Shown here one piece after another: positions 1-9,213 of a stretch of DNA of 64,000 bases (the first letter of the stretch is position 1; every line of letters starts with the position of its first letter). Both the position numbers and the translations under genes were made by a program. This DNA is from an uncultured Muribaculaceae bacterium (GTDB lineage Bacteria; Bacillota_I; Bacilli_A; RF39; UBA660), in contig CAYWFZ010000002.1 in assembly GCA_964458035.1 (NCBI GenBank), forward strand, positions 484 through 64,483, read 5' to 3'. Below the pieces are notes generated by a model that was not told where the DNA came from, made no database searches, and saw only the letters and a list, made by a program, of their open reading frames with translations.

Positions 1-299
1 TCTTCATATTTTGCTAAACTACTATCTTCTCCATTATAATCTCCATAATTACACTCTCTAAGTCTTTTATCTTGAATGATTTCTTTTACACCATCAAAAG
101 TATATTTTGCTGAATCAATCGCTCTTTGTAAATCAGAACAGAATACTACGTCAAATTTATTAATATCAACTTGATCCTTTAGAGCGATGCTTTGCTCTAT
201 ACCTTTTTCAGATAAAACTCCAGGTAACCATCCTGTTGACTTATGTTCTAAGTTATCAGTTGTTGTACCATGTACAAAATAAGTTATTTTAACTGCCAT
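1..299 (-). CDS. Histidine phosphatase (phosphoglycerate mutase-like) family protein, C-terminus outside window
   Basis: My own translation from the ATG at 299: MAVKITYFVHGTTTDN...DVVFCSDLQRAIDSA...LRECNYGDYNG. This is the family pattern, but with VHG where the canonical motif is RHG. The ORF runs off the window at position 1. Confidence 0.6.
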   Translation of the reverse strand, partial: MAVKITYFVHGTTTDNLEHKSTGWLPGVLSEKGIEQSIALKDQVDINKFDVVFCSDLQRAIDSAKYTFDGVKEIIQDKRLRECNYGDYNGEDSSLAKYE

Positions 300-338
300 A
301 ACTATTCCTCCTATTTCTCAATTATTTTAGCATAGATG

Positions 339-752
339 TTAAAACAAAACCATACCTTCACCTAAAGAAGCATCTTTTCTTGTAATAAATCCAAATCTTT
401 TATAAAAATCTTCTTTTCCAGATGATGCTCCTAAATAAGTTCTAATACTTGGATTTACTTTCTTATATTCCTTAACTTTTTCAAGCAACTTATTTATTAT
501 CTCTGTTCCAATCTTCATACCTTGATACTCTGGAAGCACCATGATATCTTGAATGTATAAAAACATTGTTTTATCTCCAATTATGCGTCCAAAACCAATT
601 AAATTATTACCATCATATAAAGTAACTGAATATAAAGTATTACTTAATGCCTCTTTAATCACTAGAGTATCTATTGTTCCCCATCCAACTGAGTTATATA
701 AATAATTAAATTCATCAACACTTATTTTATTTTCAACTATTTTAATATTCAT
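339..752 (-). CDS. GNAT family N-acetyltransferase
   Basis: 137 aa. Acetyl-CoA motif A-like 'VLPEYQGMKIGTEIINKLLE'. Typical GNAT length. Confidence 0.8.
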   Translation of the reverse strand: MNIKIVENKISVDEFNYLYNSVGWGTIDTLVIKEALSNTLYSVTLYDGNNLIGFGRIIGDKTMFLYIQDIMVLPEYQGMKIGTEIINKLLEKVKEYKKVNPSIRTYLGASSGKEDFYKRFGFITRKDASLGEGMVLF

Positions 753-763
753 GTATACTTTCC

Positions 764-1561
764 TTATCTTCTTAGAATCTTAAATCCATTCTCTTTAGAT
801 TCATCCCTATTTGCTTCCGAATCAAGATATTCAAACCTTAAACCTCTTGATTCTAATGCCTTAATCATTCTTAAAATATTTTCCCTCGGATAAGTATCCG
901 TACAATCTGGAACCGTCGGAACACAAGCTTGCAGATTAGATTCACTAAAAGGAATTAAGAAGTTTCTATCCTTCCACTTACCTCCTCTAACTTTATGTCC
1001 AGGGTTCAAACCAATCTCTGAAGCAACATCTAACTTATACCATTTATAACCTATTTTTACTGTATTAAAAGCATGACCTCCGCCCCATGGATCATTTGGA
1101 ATAGCAAGTAACTTAGTTGACTCAACTCCCATTACCTTACATAAACAATCAATTGCATCACTCATACCAGAACAAACAGCATCATGAAGCACTAATGCAC
1201 CATAAGCAGAATTTTTATAAGGACTTCCTCCATATACATTACTAGAGTTTTCAGCAAACTCACACTCTGTATACATAACATTTGCTAGCATATAATTATA
1301 AATATAAATTACTTTAGATAAATCCTTTTGTTCTTTTGAAATAACTGAAGAACCCATTAAATTATTATAGTCTTGGACAATTTCATTAACTCTTACACTT
1401 AATTCTTCCATCTGTCTTCTAGATATTGCAGCTAATCCTGGTTCAGATGAAACATGATCAACACTTGCATTATCAAACTTCGTTCTAAAAAATCTAAGTC
1501 TCCCATCTGGTATTCCATTTATTAAAGCATTAACATAAAACTGATTATTTGCTATAAACAT
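764..1561 (-). CDS. Transglutaminase-like (papain-fold) domain protein
   Basis: 265 aa. Cys...His...Asp arrangement 'AVCSGMSDAIDCLCKVMG ... GGGHAFNTVKI ... YKLDV', typical of the transglutaminase-like superfamily. Confidence 0.6.
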   Translation of the reverse strand: MFIANNQFYVNALINGIPDGRLRFFRTKFDNASVDHVSSEPGLAAISRRQMEELSVRVNEIVQDYNNLMGSSVISKEQKDLSKVIYIYNYMLANVMYTECEFAENSSNVYGGSPYKNSAYGALVLHDAVCSGMSDAIDCLCKVMGVESTKLLAIPNDPWGGGHAFNTVKIGYKWYKLDVASEIGLNPGHKVRGGKWKDRNFLIPFSESNLQACVPTVPDCTDTYPRENILRMIKALESRGLRFEYLDSEANRDESKENGFKILRR

Positions 1562-1584
1562 ACTTCCCCTCCTTTATATATATT

Positions 1585-2217
1585 TTATTTCTTCTTTACT
1601 AACACACATTTATTATTTTTAATTTCTTCTTCATATTTATCTTCACTCGTCTCATGACTAAATCTAACATTTATATTTATTATATCATCTATATTTACTA
1701 TTTTATAAAAATTTCCCTTATAATAATGAAACATATCAAACGCTCCACCAGATGCAACAAATACTTCTGTATTTCCGCTACATAAATAATGTTGTTCTTC
1801 ATAAATTTGATTCTCAAGAACTGTTCCATCTAAAGATTCGCCAAAGGTAAACATAAATATAAAGAGAGTCGGTAAAAAGAAAATAACACTAAAAACAATA
1901 CTACAAATAGACACAATTTTAATAAACAAACTTTCTTTAAATCCAATTATTAATAGTATAAATATAAAAGTTAAAATAAAATATAAATTCAAAGCATTTT
2001 TTGCTGTAATTATCAAAAGGAATAACATTACTAAAGAAGCTTTCTTATATTTAATGCTATCCCTATATTCTAATAACATAAATATATTTATTATAATAAA
2101 AAAATACATAATTATTTGATAGAGTATTCCCTTTATACTTATAAATGTAAAAACAACATTATTTAAGAATAATAGTATAGTTAAAATTAAAGAATAATAC
2201 TTAATTAATTTTTTCAC
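1585..2217 (-). CDS. Integral membrane protein, unknown function
   Basis: 210 aa. Several hydrophobic helices followed by a soluble C-terminal part. No recognisable motif. Confidence 0.5.
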   Translation of the reverse strand: MKKLIKYYSLILTILLFLNNVVFTFISIKGILYQIIMYFFIIINIFMLLEYRDSIKYKKASLVMLFLLIITAKNALNLYFILTFIFILLIIGFKESLFIKIVSICSIVFSVIFFLPTLFIFMFTFGESLDGTVLENQIYEEQHYLCSGNTEVFVASGGAFDMFHYYKGNFYKIVNIDDIININVRFSHETSEDKYEEEIKNNKCVLVKKK

Positions 2218-2275
2218 ATGTGCTCCTTCTTTCTAATTTAATCTAAAATGCGAAAAAAGAGATTAAATAATCTCT

Positions 2276-4168
2276 TTACCATGAGGAGCCTCCTCCTCCA
2301 CCAGATCCTCCCCCAGAGAATCCACCACCAGAGAATCCTCCAGAAGAAGTTCCACTACTAGTTTCAACAACTCTATCAACTGTTGAATCCATCGTAGAAG
2401 AAAGGAATAAATTAAAGTGATTTATAGAGAATGGTGAATTACTTTCATACCACTCAGGTTCTACTAGTGTCATACCTTCAAACTTCTTAATCCATTTATC
2501 TGATACACCTAAAACATAGGTAAATGGAAGTATACTATAAAAATAAGTAGGATCATCATTTACTAATGCCTCTAGTTTATCTTTTTCAGCAGATACTAAG
2601 AAGTTTCTAAATCCTTTTACACGTCCATACATTTCATTACCATATGGAGTTCTTTTAGACATATACCTAACAAAGAAACATACTACTAAAGTCATAACAA
2701 GACCAAATATAATCGCGATTAATGTTAAATTATTTGCACTAGCTGCATAATAAATTGGTAAATCACTTACCATAAATGCACCAATTATAATAGTTGGAAT
2801 TACTGCTATAATCTTAATAGCTACATGTATAGGAGAATACAATTCTACAGCTAATATAAGAACTAACATAGCTCCACAGAAAATAGCTACAAACACATCA
2901 CTAAATACTCCATAATCAAATGTTGGAATACTTACAGTTACAATTAAAGATAAAACTGCTAAAAGTACAGCATAAACTCTCATACTTGATGCTTTACTAT
3001 CATAAATTAATGCCTTATTCTTATAGTTATCAATATTTAATTTTATCTTTTCAATAGTTTTATAGAATTTATTGTATAAGTCATCTTTGGTAACTTCATT
3101 TTTACTTTTAAATAGCCCATCCATAAATAGTTTTTCATTACTATTATTTCCATCATACTCTTTTAGTTTAATTATTTTATAATTATTTTTATCAATTTCT
3201 ACAATCTTTAAATAACCTTTACTTGCTAAATATATGAGTAAAGAATTAGCATCTTTATCAGTTACACTTGTTTTATAAAAGTATGCTGTCTCTGCACTAT
3301 TGCATCCATTTGGTGGATAGAATTCAACAGTCTCAACTACTACATCATCTCTACCATATTTACTCCACATAAAGTATGCAAGTATAGCTGCAACAAGTGG
3401 AACTATAAACATTAATGGGAAAAGTAATGGTAACTTAATTCCTGCATTAACAAAATATCCTTCCGGAAGTTCACAACGTACAGTTAAGGCTTCTTCTCTA
3501 TCTAACTTCTTTTTTAATGAACCAACAATCTTATTTCCTTCAACTGTGTATTCTACATCATTGCTTCCAACTGTTCCATATTTACCACTAGAAAATCCTA
3601 ATTTACTTACATCGAATTCCTTTGGCATATTGATTGTAAATGTTACATTATTTATCTCTGTATCCCATTCGTCCCCTATAATATTAAAATATAATTCGTC
3701 AAAATCTTTACTACTATCTTTACCTAAATTATAACTATACTTCATGACATAATCATGTATACCCGTAATAGTTTGATTCTCTTCTCCTATTTTTATAACA
3801 CGATACCCAGAGTCATTACTAACTTCATACTCTTCACTTACACTTAAATCAGTTAATCGAGCACTGTTTTTAGTAACACTTCCATCATTTCTTTTAACAG
3901 TATTTCTTAAAGGTATTTTTCTAATAATGCCATGTCTTGGTTCTTTAAAGTTGGCTTTTATAGATTCTGTTATCTCTAAAATATTGTTTTCTTTAACATC
4001 AATTGAAACATCATATGCCTCTATTGTATACCTATAAATAAGTTTTGTTCTTGTTGTATTGGTATATATAACTTCATCATCTGCTTTTGCATTCATAAAT
4101 GGTATTGTTAATAAAATAGCAAAAACTATCAATAATAAACTTTTTAAACTCTTATATTTTTTTAACAT
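2276..4168 (-). CDS. DUF2207-type membrane protein
   Basis: 630 aa. Signal peptide, large extracytoplasmic domain, multiple TM helices and the characteristic Gly/Ser-rich tail 'GGFSGGGFSGGGSGGGGGSSW'. Confidence 0.7.
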   Translation of the reverse strand: MLKKYKSLKSLLLIVFAILLTIPFMNAKADDEVIYTNTTRTKLIYRYTIEAYDVSIDVKENNILEITESIKANFKEPRHGIIRKIPLRNTVKRNDGSVTKNSARLTDLSVSEEYEVSNDSGYRVIKIGEENQTITGIHDYVMKYSYNLGKDSSKDFDELYFNIIGDEWDTEINNVTFTINMPKEFDVSKLGFSSGKYGTVGSNDVEYTVEGNKIVGSLKKKLDREEALTVRCELPEGYFVNAGIKLPLLFPLMFIVPLVAAILAYFMWSKYGRDDVVVETVEFYPPNGCNSAETAYFYKTSVTDKDANSLLIYLASKGYLKIVEIDKNNYKIIKLKEYDGNNSNEKLFMDGLFKSKNEVTKDDLYNKFYKTIEKIKLNIDNYKNKALIYDSKASSMRVYAVLLAVLSLIVTVSIPTFDYGVFSDVFVAIFCGAMLVLILAVELYSPIHVAIKIIAVIPTIIIGAFMVSDLPIYYAASANNLTLIAIIFGLVMTLVVCFFVRYMSKRTPYGNEMYGRVKGFRNFLVSAEKDKLEALVNDDPTYFYSILPFTYVLGVSDKWIKKFEGMTLVEPEWYESNSPFSINHFNLFLSSTMDSTVDRVVETSSGTSSGGFSGGGFSGGGSGGGGGSSW

Positions 4169-4189
4169 CTAAAATCACCTATAATTATA

Positions 4190-5224
4190 TTATACATTTA
4201 TTTCTTTATTTTTGATAGTTAACTTCTTAATATTATTCACATCCTTTACTTCATGTTCGCTTTTCCATTTTAAAAATTCAAGTCTTTCTTCTTCTGTCTC
4301 AATCTCTTCATGGTAATAATGTTTTGTAAATTCTCCACAAGAACTTCCTATTTCTCTTCCTGGAGGAGAATAAACCTTTACTCTTAAATCCGGTATCTCA
4401 GTTATTAAAGTATTAATCCACATTTCTTCTTTTCTACTAGGTATCATTCCATTAATTGGATTAAATCTAATAAACTTAATTGTTATTTTATATTGTTTCA
4501 AAAGTTCAACTAACATCCTTAATTCTTCATCCGAATCATTTACCCCATCAATTAATGTATAGTGAATTTCAACAACATCATTTGTTCTATGATTATGAAT
4601 GTATTCACTCATTAACTCATCATTACTTAATATAACACTTCTATAATAACTTAAATAATCTAGTGCTTCCCTAACACTAACACATGTACTAGGAATAAGT
4701 TTAAATCTTTTTTCATCATCTGGTGTATGCATTGAAAAGTGAACTTTCAAAGGAATAGATTCACGATTCACAATATCAGCAAGTTTTGAAACATTATCAT
4801 TTGGCATCATCGTTGATATTGCATAACCAATATGTTCATAACCTAGTACTTCTTTTAAATAATACTCATGAGCTTTAACATACTCAATTAATTCTAAATT
4901 AAGTAAAGGTTCACCTACTCCCATAAAAGAAATAAGTAAATTTTTCTTATCCGTTATACGAATTCCTTCAATTGTTAAAGTTTCCATTAAACACTTAATA
5001 AAGTCACTTCCCAATATTTTTATCATTGGTCTTTTAACATTACTATTAGTTAAATGGCACATCTTACAACCTAAATTACAGAAATGATGTGTCGGTACAC
5101 ATACTACATCTTTATTTTCACGGTTGAAAAGTAACGTCATTTCAACAATTCTTTTATCCTCACTTTCAAATACTCTTTTTAAAGAGCCATCTTGTTTATC
5201 TCTAAATAAACCAATTGTTTTCAT
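4190..5224 (-). CDS. RlmN/Cfr-family radical SAM methyltransferase-like protein (N-terminally short form)
   Basis: 344 aa. 'VVCVPTHHFCNLGCKMCH' (CxxxCxxC plus an upstream Cys), 'FMGVGEPLLN', 'HFSMHTPDDEKRFKLIP', 'YTLIDGVNDS', 'IRFNP' and 'GSSCGEF' are collinear with RlmN/Cfr motifs as I remember them. Confidence 0.65.
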   Translation of the reverse strand: MKTIGLFRDKQDGSLKRVFESEDKRIVEMTLLFNRENKDVVCVPTHHFCNLGCKMCHLTNSNVKRPMIKILGSDFIKCLMETLTIEGIRITDKKNLLISFMGVGEPLLNLELIEYVKAHEYYLKEVLGYEHIGYAISTMMPNDNVSKLADIVNRESIPLKVHFSMHTPDDEKRFKLIPSTCVSVREALDYLSYYRSVILSNDELMSEYIHNHRTNDVVEIHYTLIDGVNDSDEELRMLVELLKQYKITIKFIRFNPINGMIPSRKEEMWINTLITEIPDLRVKVYSPPGREIGSSCGEFTKHYYHEEIETEEERLEFLKWKSEHEVKDVNNIKKLTIKNKEINV

Positions 5225-5316
5225 ATTTTCATCTCCCTAGCATAATACTAAGGCCGATGGTTTATAAAAATAAAATACAATTATTTTATATAGGTCATAT
5301 CTTTGATGATATAAAC

Positions 5317-5349
5317 ACAAAAAAATAGGTACTAAATTAAGTGCCTATT
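5317..5349 (-). terminator. Rho-independent terminator after the 5350-5661 gene
   Basis: Stem AATAGGTAC/GTGCCTATT (5324-5332 / 5341-5349, one G-U pair) with an 8-nt loop. On the minus strand it is followed by a U-run (plus-strand A-run 5319-5325). Confidence 0.6.
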
Positions 5350-5661
5350 TTAAATCTTTTTGTCAATATTTTCTAAATAGTAGACATTTTTACCTTTTGA
5401 CTTAGCATACTCAATTTCATCTCTAGTAGATTCACCAATGTAACCGCCCACATTAACAACATACATTGAATCTGCCATATCTATCTTTTTATAATGTGCA
5501 TTTTTAAGTCTTTCTATCTCTTCTTCATTATAAGAATCCTTATCATCACTAACAGGATAAGTACTACTTAAGACACATTTACCTTTAAGTTCTAAATCGA
5601 CAGCAACCCTCATCATTTCATTCTTAAACTTCAAACTACCACTTATTGCTATTACTTCCAT
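5350..5661 (-). CDS. Small nucleoside 2-deoxyribosyltransferase-like (Rossmann-like) protein
   Basis: 103 aa. 'IAISGSLKF...' at the N-terminus and 'MYVVNVGGYIGESTRDEIEYAKSKGKNVYYL' resemble the NDT-like/DUF4406 pattern. Weak, from memory only. Confidence 0.35.
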   Translation of the reverse strand: MEVIAISGSLKFKNEMMRVAVDLELKGKCVLSSTYPVSDDKDSYNEEEIERLKNAHYKKIDMADSMYVVNVGGYIGESTRDEIEYAKSKGKNVYYLENIDKKI

Positions 5662-5678
5662 ATATTCACCTAAATCTA

Positions 5679-6440
5679 TTATAACTCTCTAGAATTATAT
5701 AATTCTAAAACTTTCGTACTCCTCTTTGATACTCTAGCATATTTACTTAAAGCATCAATAATAATATCCTCATCATTACAAGGATGATAATATATATTTT
5801 CACTAGACATCGGTATCTTTTCACCAAATCCTTTAGAATCAAAAATCGAACCAACCACTACATCTTTTATACCATACGTTTTAATATACTTAATATACTC
5901 ATCAATATCTTCAATCGTAACACCTTCAATAACTGGTTTAATATATAAAACAACTGGTACTTCACTTATATGTTCAAAGTTTTTAAAGCGATTCTCTACC
6001 TCATCGGTACCTTCTTCAAATTCATCATGTCTACTTATAGTTGAACACGAAGTAAATATAACAAACTGTCCATAATATTTTACATAAGAAAGTGCACTCT
6101 CTAATAAAGAAAAATCTATTTCTTTTTTTGTAGATACTTGAACAACATTACCTGAGTGAATAAAATGTTCAATTAATTTTACTACTTCATACTTTGTAGC
6201 ATCAGAAAAACATTCCGAATAACATCCAAATGAAATTAAAGTATCTTTAGTTATCTTCAAATCTAAATCATTAATCATAGCTATTATTTCATCACTAGTT
6301 TTTGCATCAATGTTAGCACTACCATTGTTATAACCTAATTCATCTAAATAACAATATGAACAAGATGATGCACATCCTAAAGATAAATTAATAAAAAGTC
6401 TTTTATTATTCTTACTATATAAATAACCTGTATCTACCAT
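5679..6440 (-). CDS. Radical SAM protein (possibly SplB/COG1533-like)
   Basis: 253 aa. N-terminal 'LSLGCASSCSYCYL' CxxxCxxC cluster motif. 17-nt gap to the downstream 103-aa gene. Confidence 0.6.
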   Translation of the reverse strand: MVDTGYLYSKNNKRLFINLSLGCASSCSYCYLDELGYNNGSANIDAKTSDEIIAMINDLDLKITKDTLISFGCYSECFSDATKYEVVKLIEHFIHSGNVVQVSTKKEIDFSLLESALSYVKYYGQFVIFTSCSTISRHDEFEEGTDEVENRFKNFEHISEVPVVLYIKPVIEGVTIEDIDEYIKYIKTYGIKDVVVGSIFDSKGFGEKIPMSSENIYYHPCNDEDIIIDALSKYARVSKRSTKVLELYNSREL

Positions 6441-6506
6441 TTTATGCTCTCCAAAATAAACTACTTACTATTATAACAGAAATATACTTTCTCAATCAAA
6501 TAGATA

Positions 6507-6535
6507 TTGACTTAAATAAATAAGTATGATTAAAT
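6507..6535 (+). promoter_or_regulatory. Sigma-A-type promoter for the 6571 gene
   Basis: TTGACT (6507-6512), 17-nt spacer ending in TGa, then TTAAAT (6530-6535). Extended -10 architecture. Confidence 0.5.
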
Positions 6536-6570
6536 AACACAAGTGTGTATTATGAAAGGGAAATAACAAA

Positions 6571-7359
6571 ATGAAAAGTAAAAAAACAAGGAATGCTATA
6601 GCGTATATCTTATCAGCAAGCATTCTAGCAACAAATGCACTAAGTGCAAGCGCTAATACAACCGTTGAAGACGCTTACGAAGAAGCTTATGATGATTTAG
6701 AAACAAACAAAGATATTAAAGTTGGAACTACAATAATTGAAAATAATGATAAACCCAAAGTTTTAAAAGAAGTTATAAAAGAACTAGACGATTTAGAATT
6801 AGGAGACATCGTTACTGTTAATGGATGTGGATACTCATCTTCTGATGGTTTAGGAAGAAGTACTAAAGAATATAAGAATAGATTAATGGCTATTGTAAAA
6901 GTTAATGAAGGTTCTAACTATCCTTATGCATTAGCAAGAATTAACTACGATGGATCTATAAGTGATATCATTGGATGGTTTAAAGGAGAAGATATCAAAG
7001 CAAGATATGTTCAAAAAACCATTACTGAATATGCCGATATTGAAAAAACTATTATAGATACTGATGATATACCGGAATATGAGCCTAATACATGGGATTT
7101 CTTAAATGAATACTATGATTACATAGATGGTAAATCAATTCAAATTAAGTATATTTGGCCAGAAGTAGAAAGAGATTATGACGTGTCTTACACAGTACAG
7201 TTCCAAGATAATGTTCAAACACGCGAATTCTACAATGGTGACGAAATATTCTACTATGACTATGATTGGCAAAATGGTACTATCAAACATACTGAAAGTG
7301 CAAGAGACAAAATTGATGCTGAAGTTATTTTAAAATTAACTAAGGGAAAAGACTTATAG
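6571..7359 (+). CDS. Secreted protein, unknown function (paralog A)
   Basis: 262 aa. Signal peptide 'ILSASILATNALSASA'. Shares 'YEEAYDDLE...LGDIV.V.G.G.S..DG.G.S..E...YPYA.A...I.GWFK...YV....TEYAD' with the next gene. Confidence 0.6.
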   Translation: MKSKKTRNAIAYILSASILATNALSASANTTVEDAYEEAYDDLETNKDIKVGTTIIENNDKPKVLKEVIKELDDLELGDIVTVNGCGYSSSDGLGRSTKEYKNRLMAIVKVNEGSNYPYALARINYDGSISDIIGWFKGEDIKARYVQKTITEYADIEKTIIDTDDIPEYEPNTWDFLNEYYDYIDGKSIQIKYIWPEVERDYDVSYTVQFQDNVQTREFYNGDEIFYYDYDWQNGTIKHTESARDKIDAEVILKLTKGKDL

Positions 7360-7375
7360 ATATAAGTCTTTTTTA
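7348..7375 (+). terminator. Rho-independent terminator
   Basis: AAAGACTTA (7348-7356) / TAAGTCTTT (7363-7371) stem around the stop codon, followed by a T-run. Confidence 0.7.
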
Positions 7376-7404
7376 TTGACAAAAAAAGCTCCTTATGTTT
7401 TAAT
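7376..7404 (+). promoter_or_regulatory. Sigma-A-type promoter for the 7433 gene
   Basis: TTGACA (7376-7381), 17-nt spacer ending in TGt, then TTTAAT (7399-7404). RBS AAGGAGAA lies before the ATG at 7433. Confidence 0.5.
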
Positions 7405-7432
7405 AGCAGACGTAGAAAAAAGGAGAACGTTT

Positions 7433-8266
7433 ATGAAAAAATTTAAATTATTTACTTCTGTTGCACTATCATGTTTTATTCTAACTTCCCCACTACATGC
7501 AGAAGCAAAATTGAATATAGATGACCTTTATGAAGAAGCATATGATGATTTAGAAAAAGGTAAACCAATTGAAATAAAAACAGAAAGAATAAATAATAAT
7601 GAAATGCCTAAAATTGAAAAAGAAGTACTATCTTACGAAGAAGATATAGAGCTTGGAGATATTGTTGAAGTTTATGGGATTGGTAATTCTAAGACTGATG
7701 GAAGTGGTATATCATCACGCGAATTTAATGGTGATGCATTAGCAGTAGTTGGAATAAAGACTAATCAAGAATATCCATATGCCATAGCTAGTGTAAGTAA
7801 CACAGGTAATGTTGGTCACATAGTTGGTTGGTTTAAAGTGTCTAGTTTAAAATCAAGATATGTTGAAGTAACTACTACTGAATATGCTGATGCTATAAAA
7901 GAGATAATCTCATCAGATGGAATGATAATTCAAATTGGAATGATTTATCTTGAAGATGAAGATAGATACATACCTGAATATGCTGAAAGCTTTTATGCAG
8001 GTATTAAAGGTTATAGATTATATGACGATGAACATATGATAAAAATATCTTTTGACTTTCCAGAACCTAAGGAAGAATACGATTCAAGTAGTTTCTTAAT
8101 GTTTGATGGAGATGAAGAAGTAACAGAATATGTTAAAGATGGTGATTACTTCTATTACCGTTATAATTTAACAAATGGTGAAATCACTCATAAAGATAAA
8201 ATGCGAGACACTGTTAATGGTGATGCAAAAACATTAAGTAAAAAATTTAATATAATAAATGAATAA
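7433..8266 (+). CDS. Secreted protein, unknown function (paralog B)
   Basis: Track ORF 7376-8266 trimmed to the ATG at 7433, which has an AGGAG RBS. Signal peptide 'FTSVALSCFILTSPLHAEA'. Roughly 40-45% identical by eye to paralog A over the shared core. Confidence 0.6.
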   Translation: MKKFKLFTSVALSCFILTSPLHAEAKLNIDDLYEEAYDDLEKGKPIEIKTERINNNEMPKIEKEVLSYEEDIELGDIVEVYGIGNSKTDGSGISSREFNGDALAVVGIKTNQEYPYAIASVSNTGNVGHIVGWFKVSSLKSRYVEVTTTEYADAIKEIISSDGMIIQIGMIYLEDEDRYIPEYAESFYAGIKGYRLYDDEHMIKISFDFPEPKEEYDSSSFLMFDGDEEVTEYVKDGDYFYYRYNLTNGEITHKDKMRDTVNGDAKTLSKKFNIINE

Positions 8267-8294
8267 AGACTTATGATAATCATAAGTCTTTTTA
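8265..8294. terminator. Terminator hairpin between convergent genes
   Basis: AAAGACTTATG (8265-8275) / CATAAGTCTTT (8281-8291), then a T-run. It sits between the + gene ending at 8266 and the - gene ending at 8296. Confidence 0.65.
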
Positions 8295-8295
8295 T

Positions 8296-9090
8296 TTACT
8301 TTCTTGCTAACACTTTTCCATCTTGGCTAGGTGTTCCACCTTCAATTAACTTAACTAAACTTTTATAGTCTTCATAAGCGGCATTTAATTCCTCTGCACT
8401 TATCTCTGGGAACATTGAATAAAAACTAAAGTTAGACTCTGGTACTCCTAACTCCTGAGCCATAATTTTCTTATAATCAGGATCTAGTTCAAATCTGTGT
8501 AGAAGTTCCATAGTTTTATTTAAATGAAGTCGTGAATTTTCATATAAACCTTTTCTACTTGTAATATCTAAAAGTCTTCTTTCAACTGTAGTAAAACCTG
8601 TCTCTAAACAAAATAAATCACATAACTGAACAATATTATCATAAGGAGTTAACTCTACTGAATGCAAATAATCATTTATAAACTTATATCTATCTTCCCC
8701 ACTTACTGGATCAGCTGAATTATTAATATCATTATCAATAAATGAATGAGTTAAAGCAATTCCTGCTTCTATTTCATAGCCAGCTTCCATTAAATATTTA
8801 TATCCCTCTGTTGTATGTTTAGGATGATCTATCTTTCTTCCAATATCATGTACATAACCTAATGAAATTGCGTAATCTTCATCTAACTCTTCTACATCAG
8901 GAAATAGTTTAAAAAACTCCGTATAATTGCCACGATTATTATTTAAGTTTCTTGCAATTCTTCCGGCTGCTATACCAACAAATATACAATGTCTCACCCA
9001 TCTGTTTTCATAAGCATTTATGTCGCCACTTTTTCTTATAACATCCTTACATAATAGTTCTAATGCAACATCACTTTCTAACTTTTTCAT
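8296..9090 (-). CDS. HD-domain phosphohydrolase
   Basis: 264 aa. 'RHCIFVG...LGYVHDIGRKIDHPKH', the H...HD...D metal-binding pattern. Confidence 0.7.
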   Translation of the reverse strand: MKKLESDVALELLCKDVIRKSGDINAYENRWVRHCIFVGIAAGRIARNLNNNRGNYTEFFKLFPDVEELDEDYAISLGYVHDIGRKIDHPKHTTEGYKYLMEAGYEIEAGIALTHSFIDNDINNSADPVSGEDRYKFINDYLHSVELTPYDNIVQLCDLFCLETGFTTVERRLLDITSRKGLYENSRLHLNKTMELLHRFELDPDYKKIMAQELGVPESNFSFYSMFPEISAEELNAAYEDYKSLVKLIEGGTPSQDGKVLARK

Positions 9091-9213
9091 AAATTCACCT
9101 CTTGTGACATATAGTATAACACAACATTCTCTTTTTTACAAATAATTAATAACAAAAATGTACTTTTATTTAAATACTATCTTATAGTATAATAAGTGCC
9201 AAGGTGAAGTACA

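Noticed and set aside
5225-5316. Riboswitch or leader RNA upstream of the RlmN/Cfr-like gene
   Set aside because: The roughly 90-nt region shows no extended conserved-looking helices or known riboswitch core motifs. It is adequately explained by a promoter plus a short 5' UTR.
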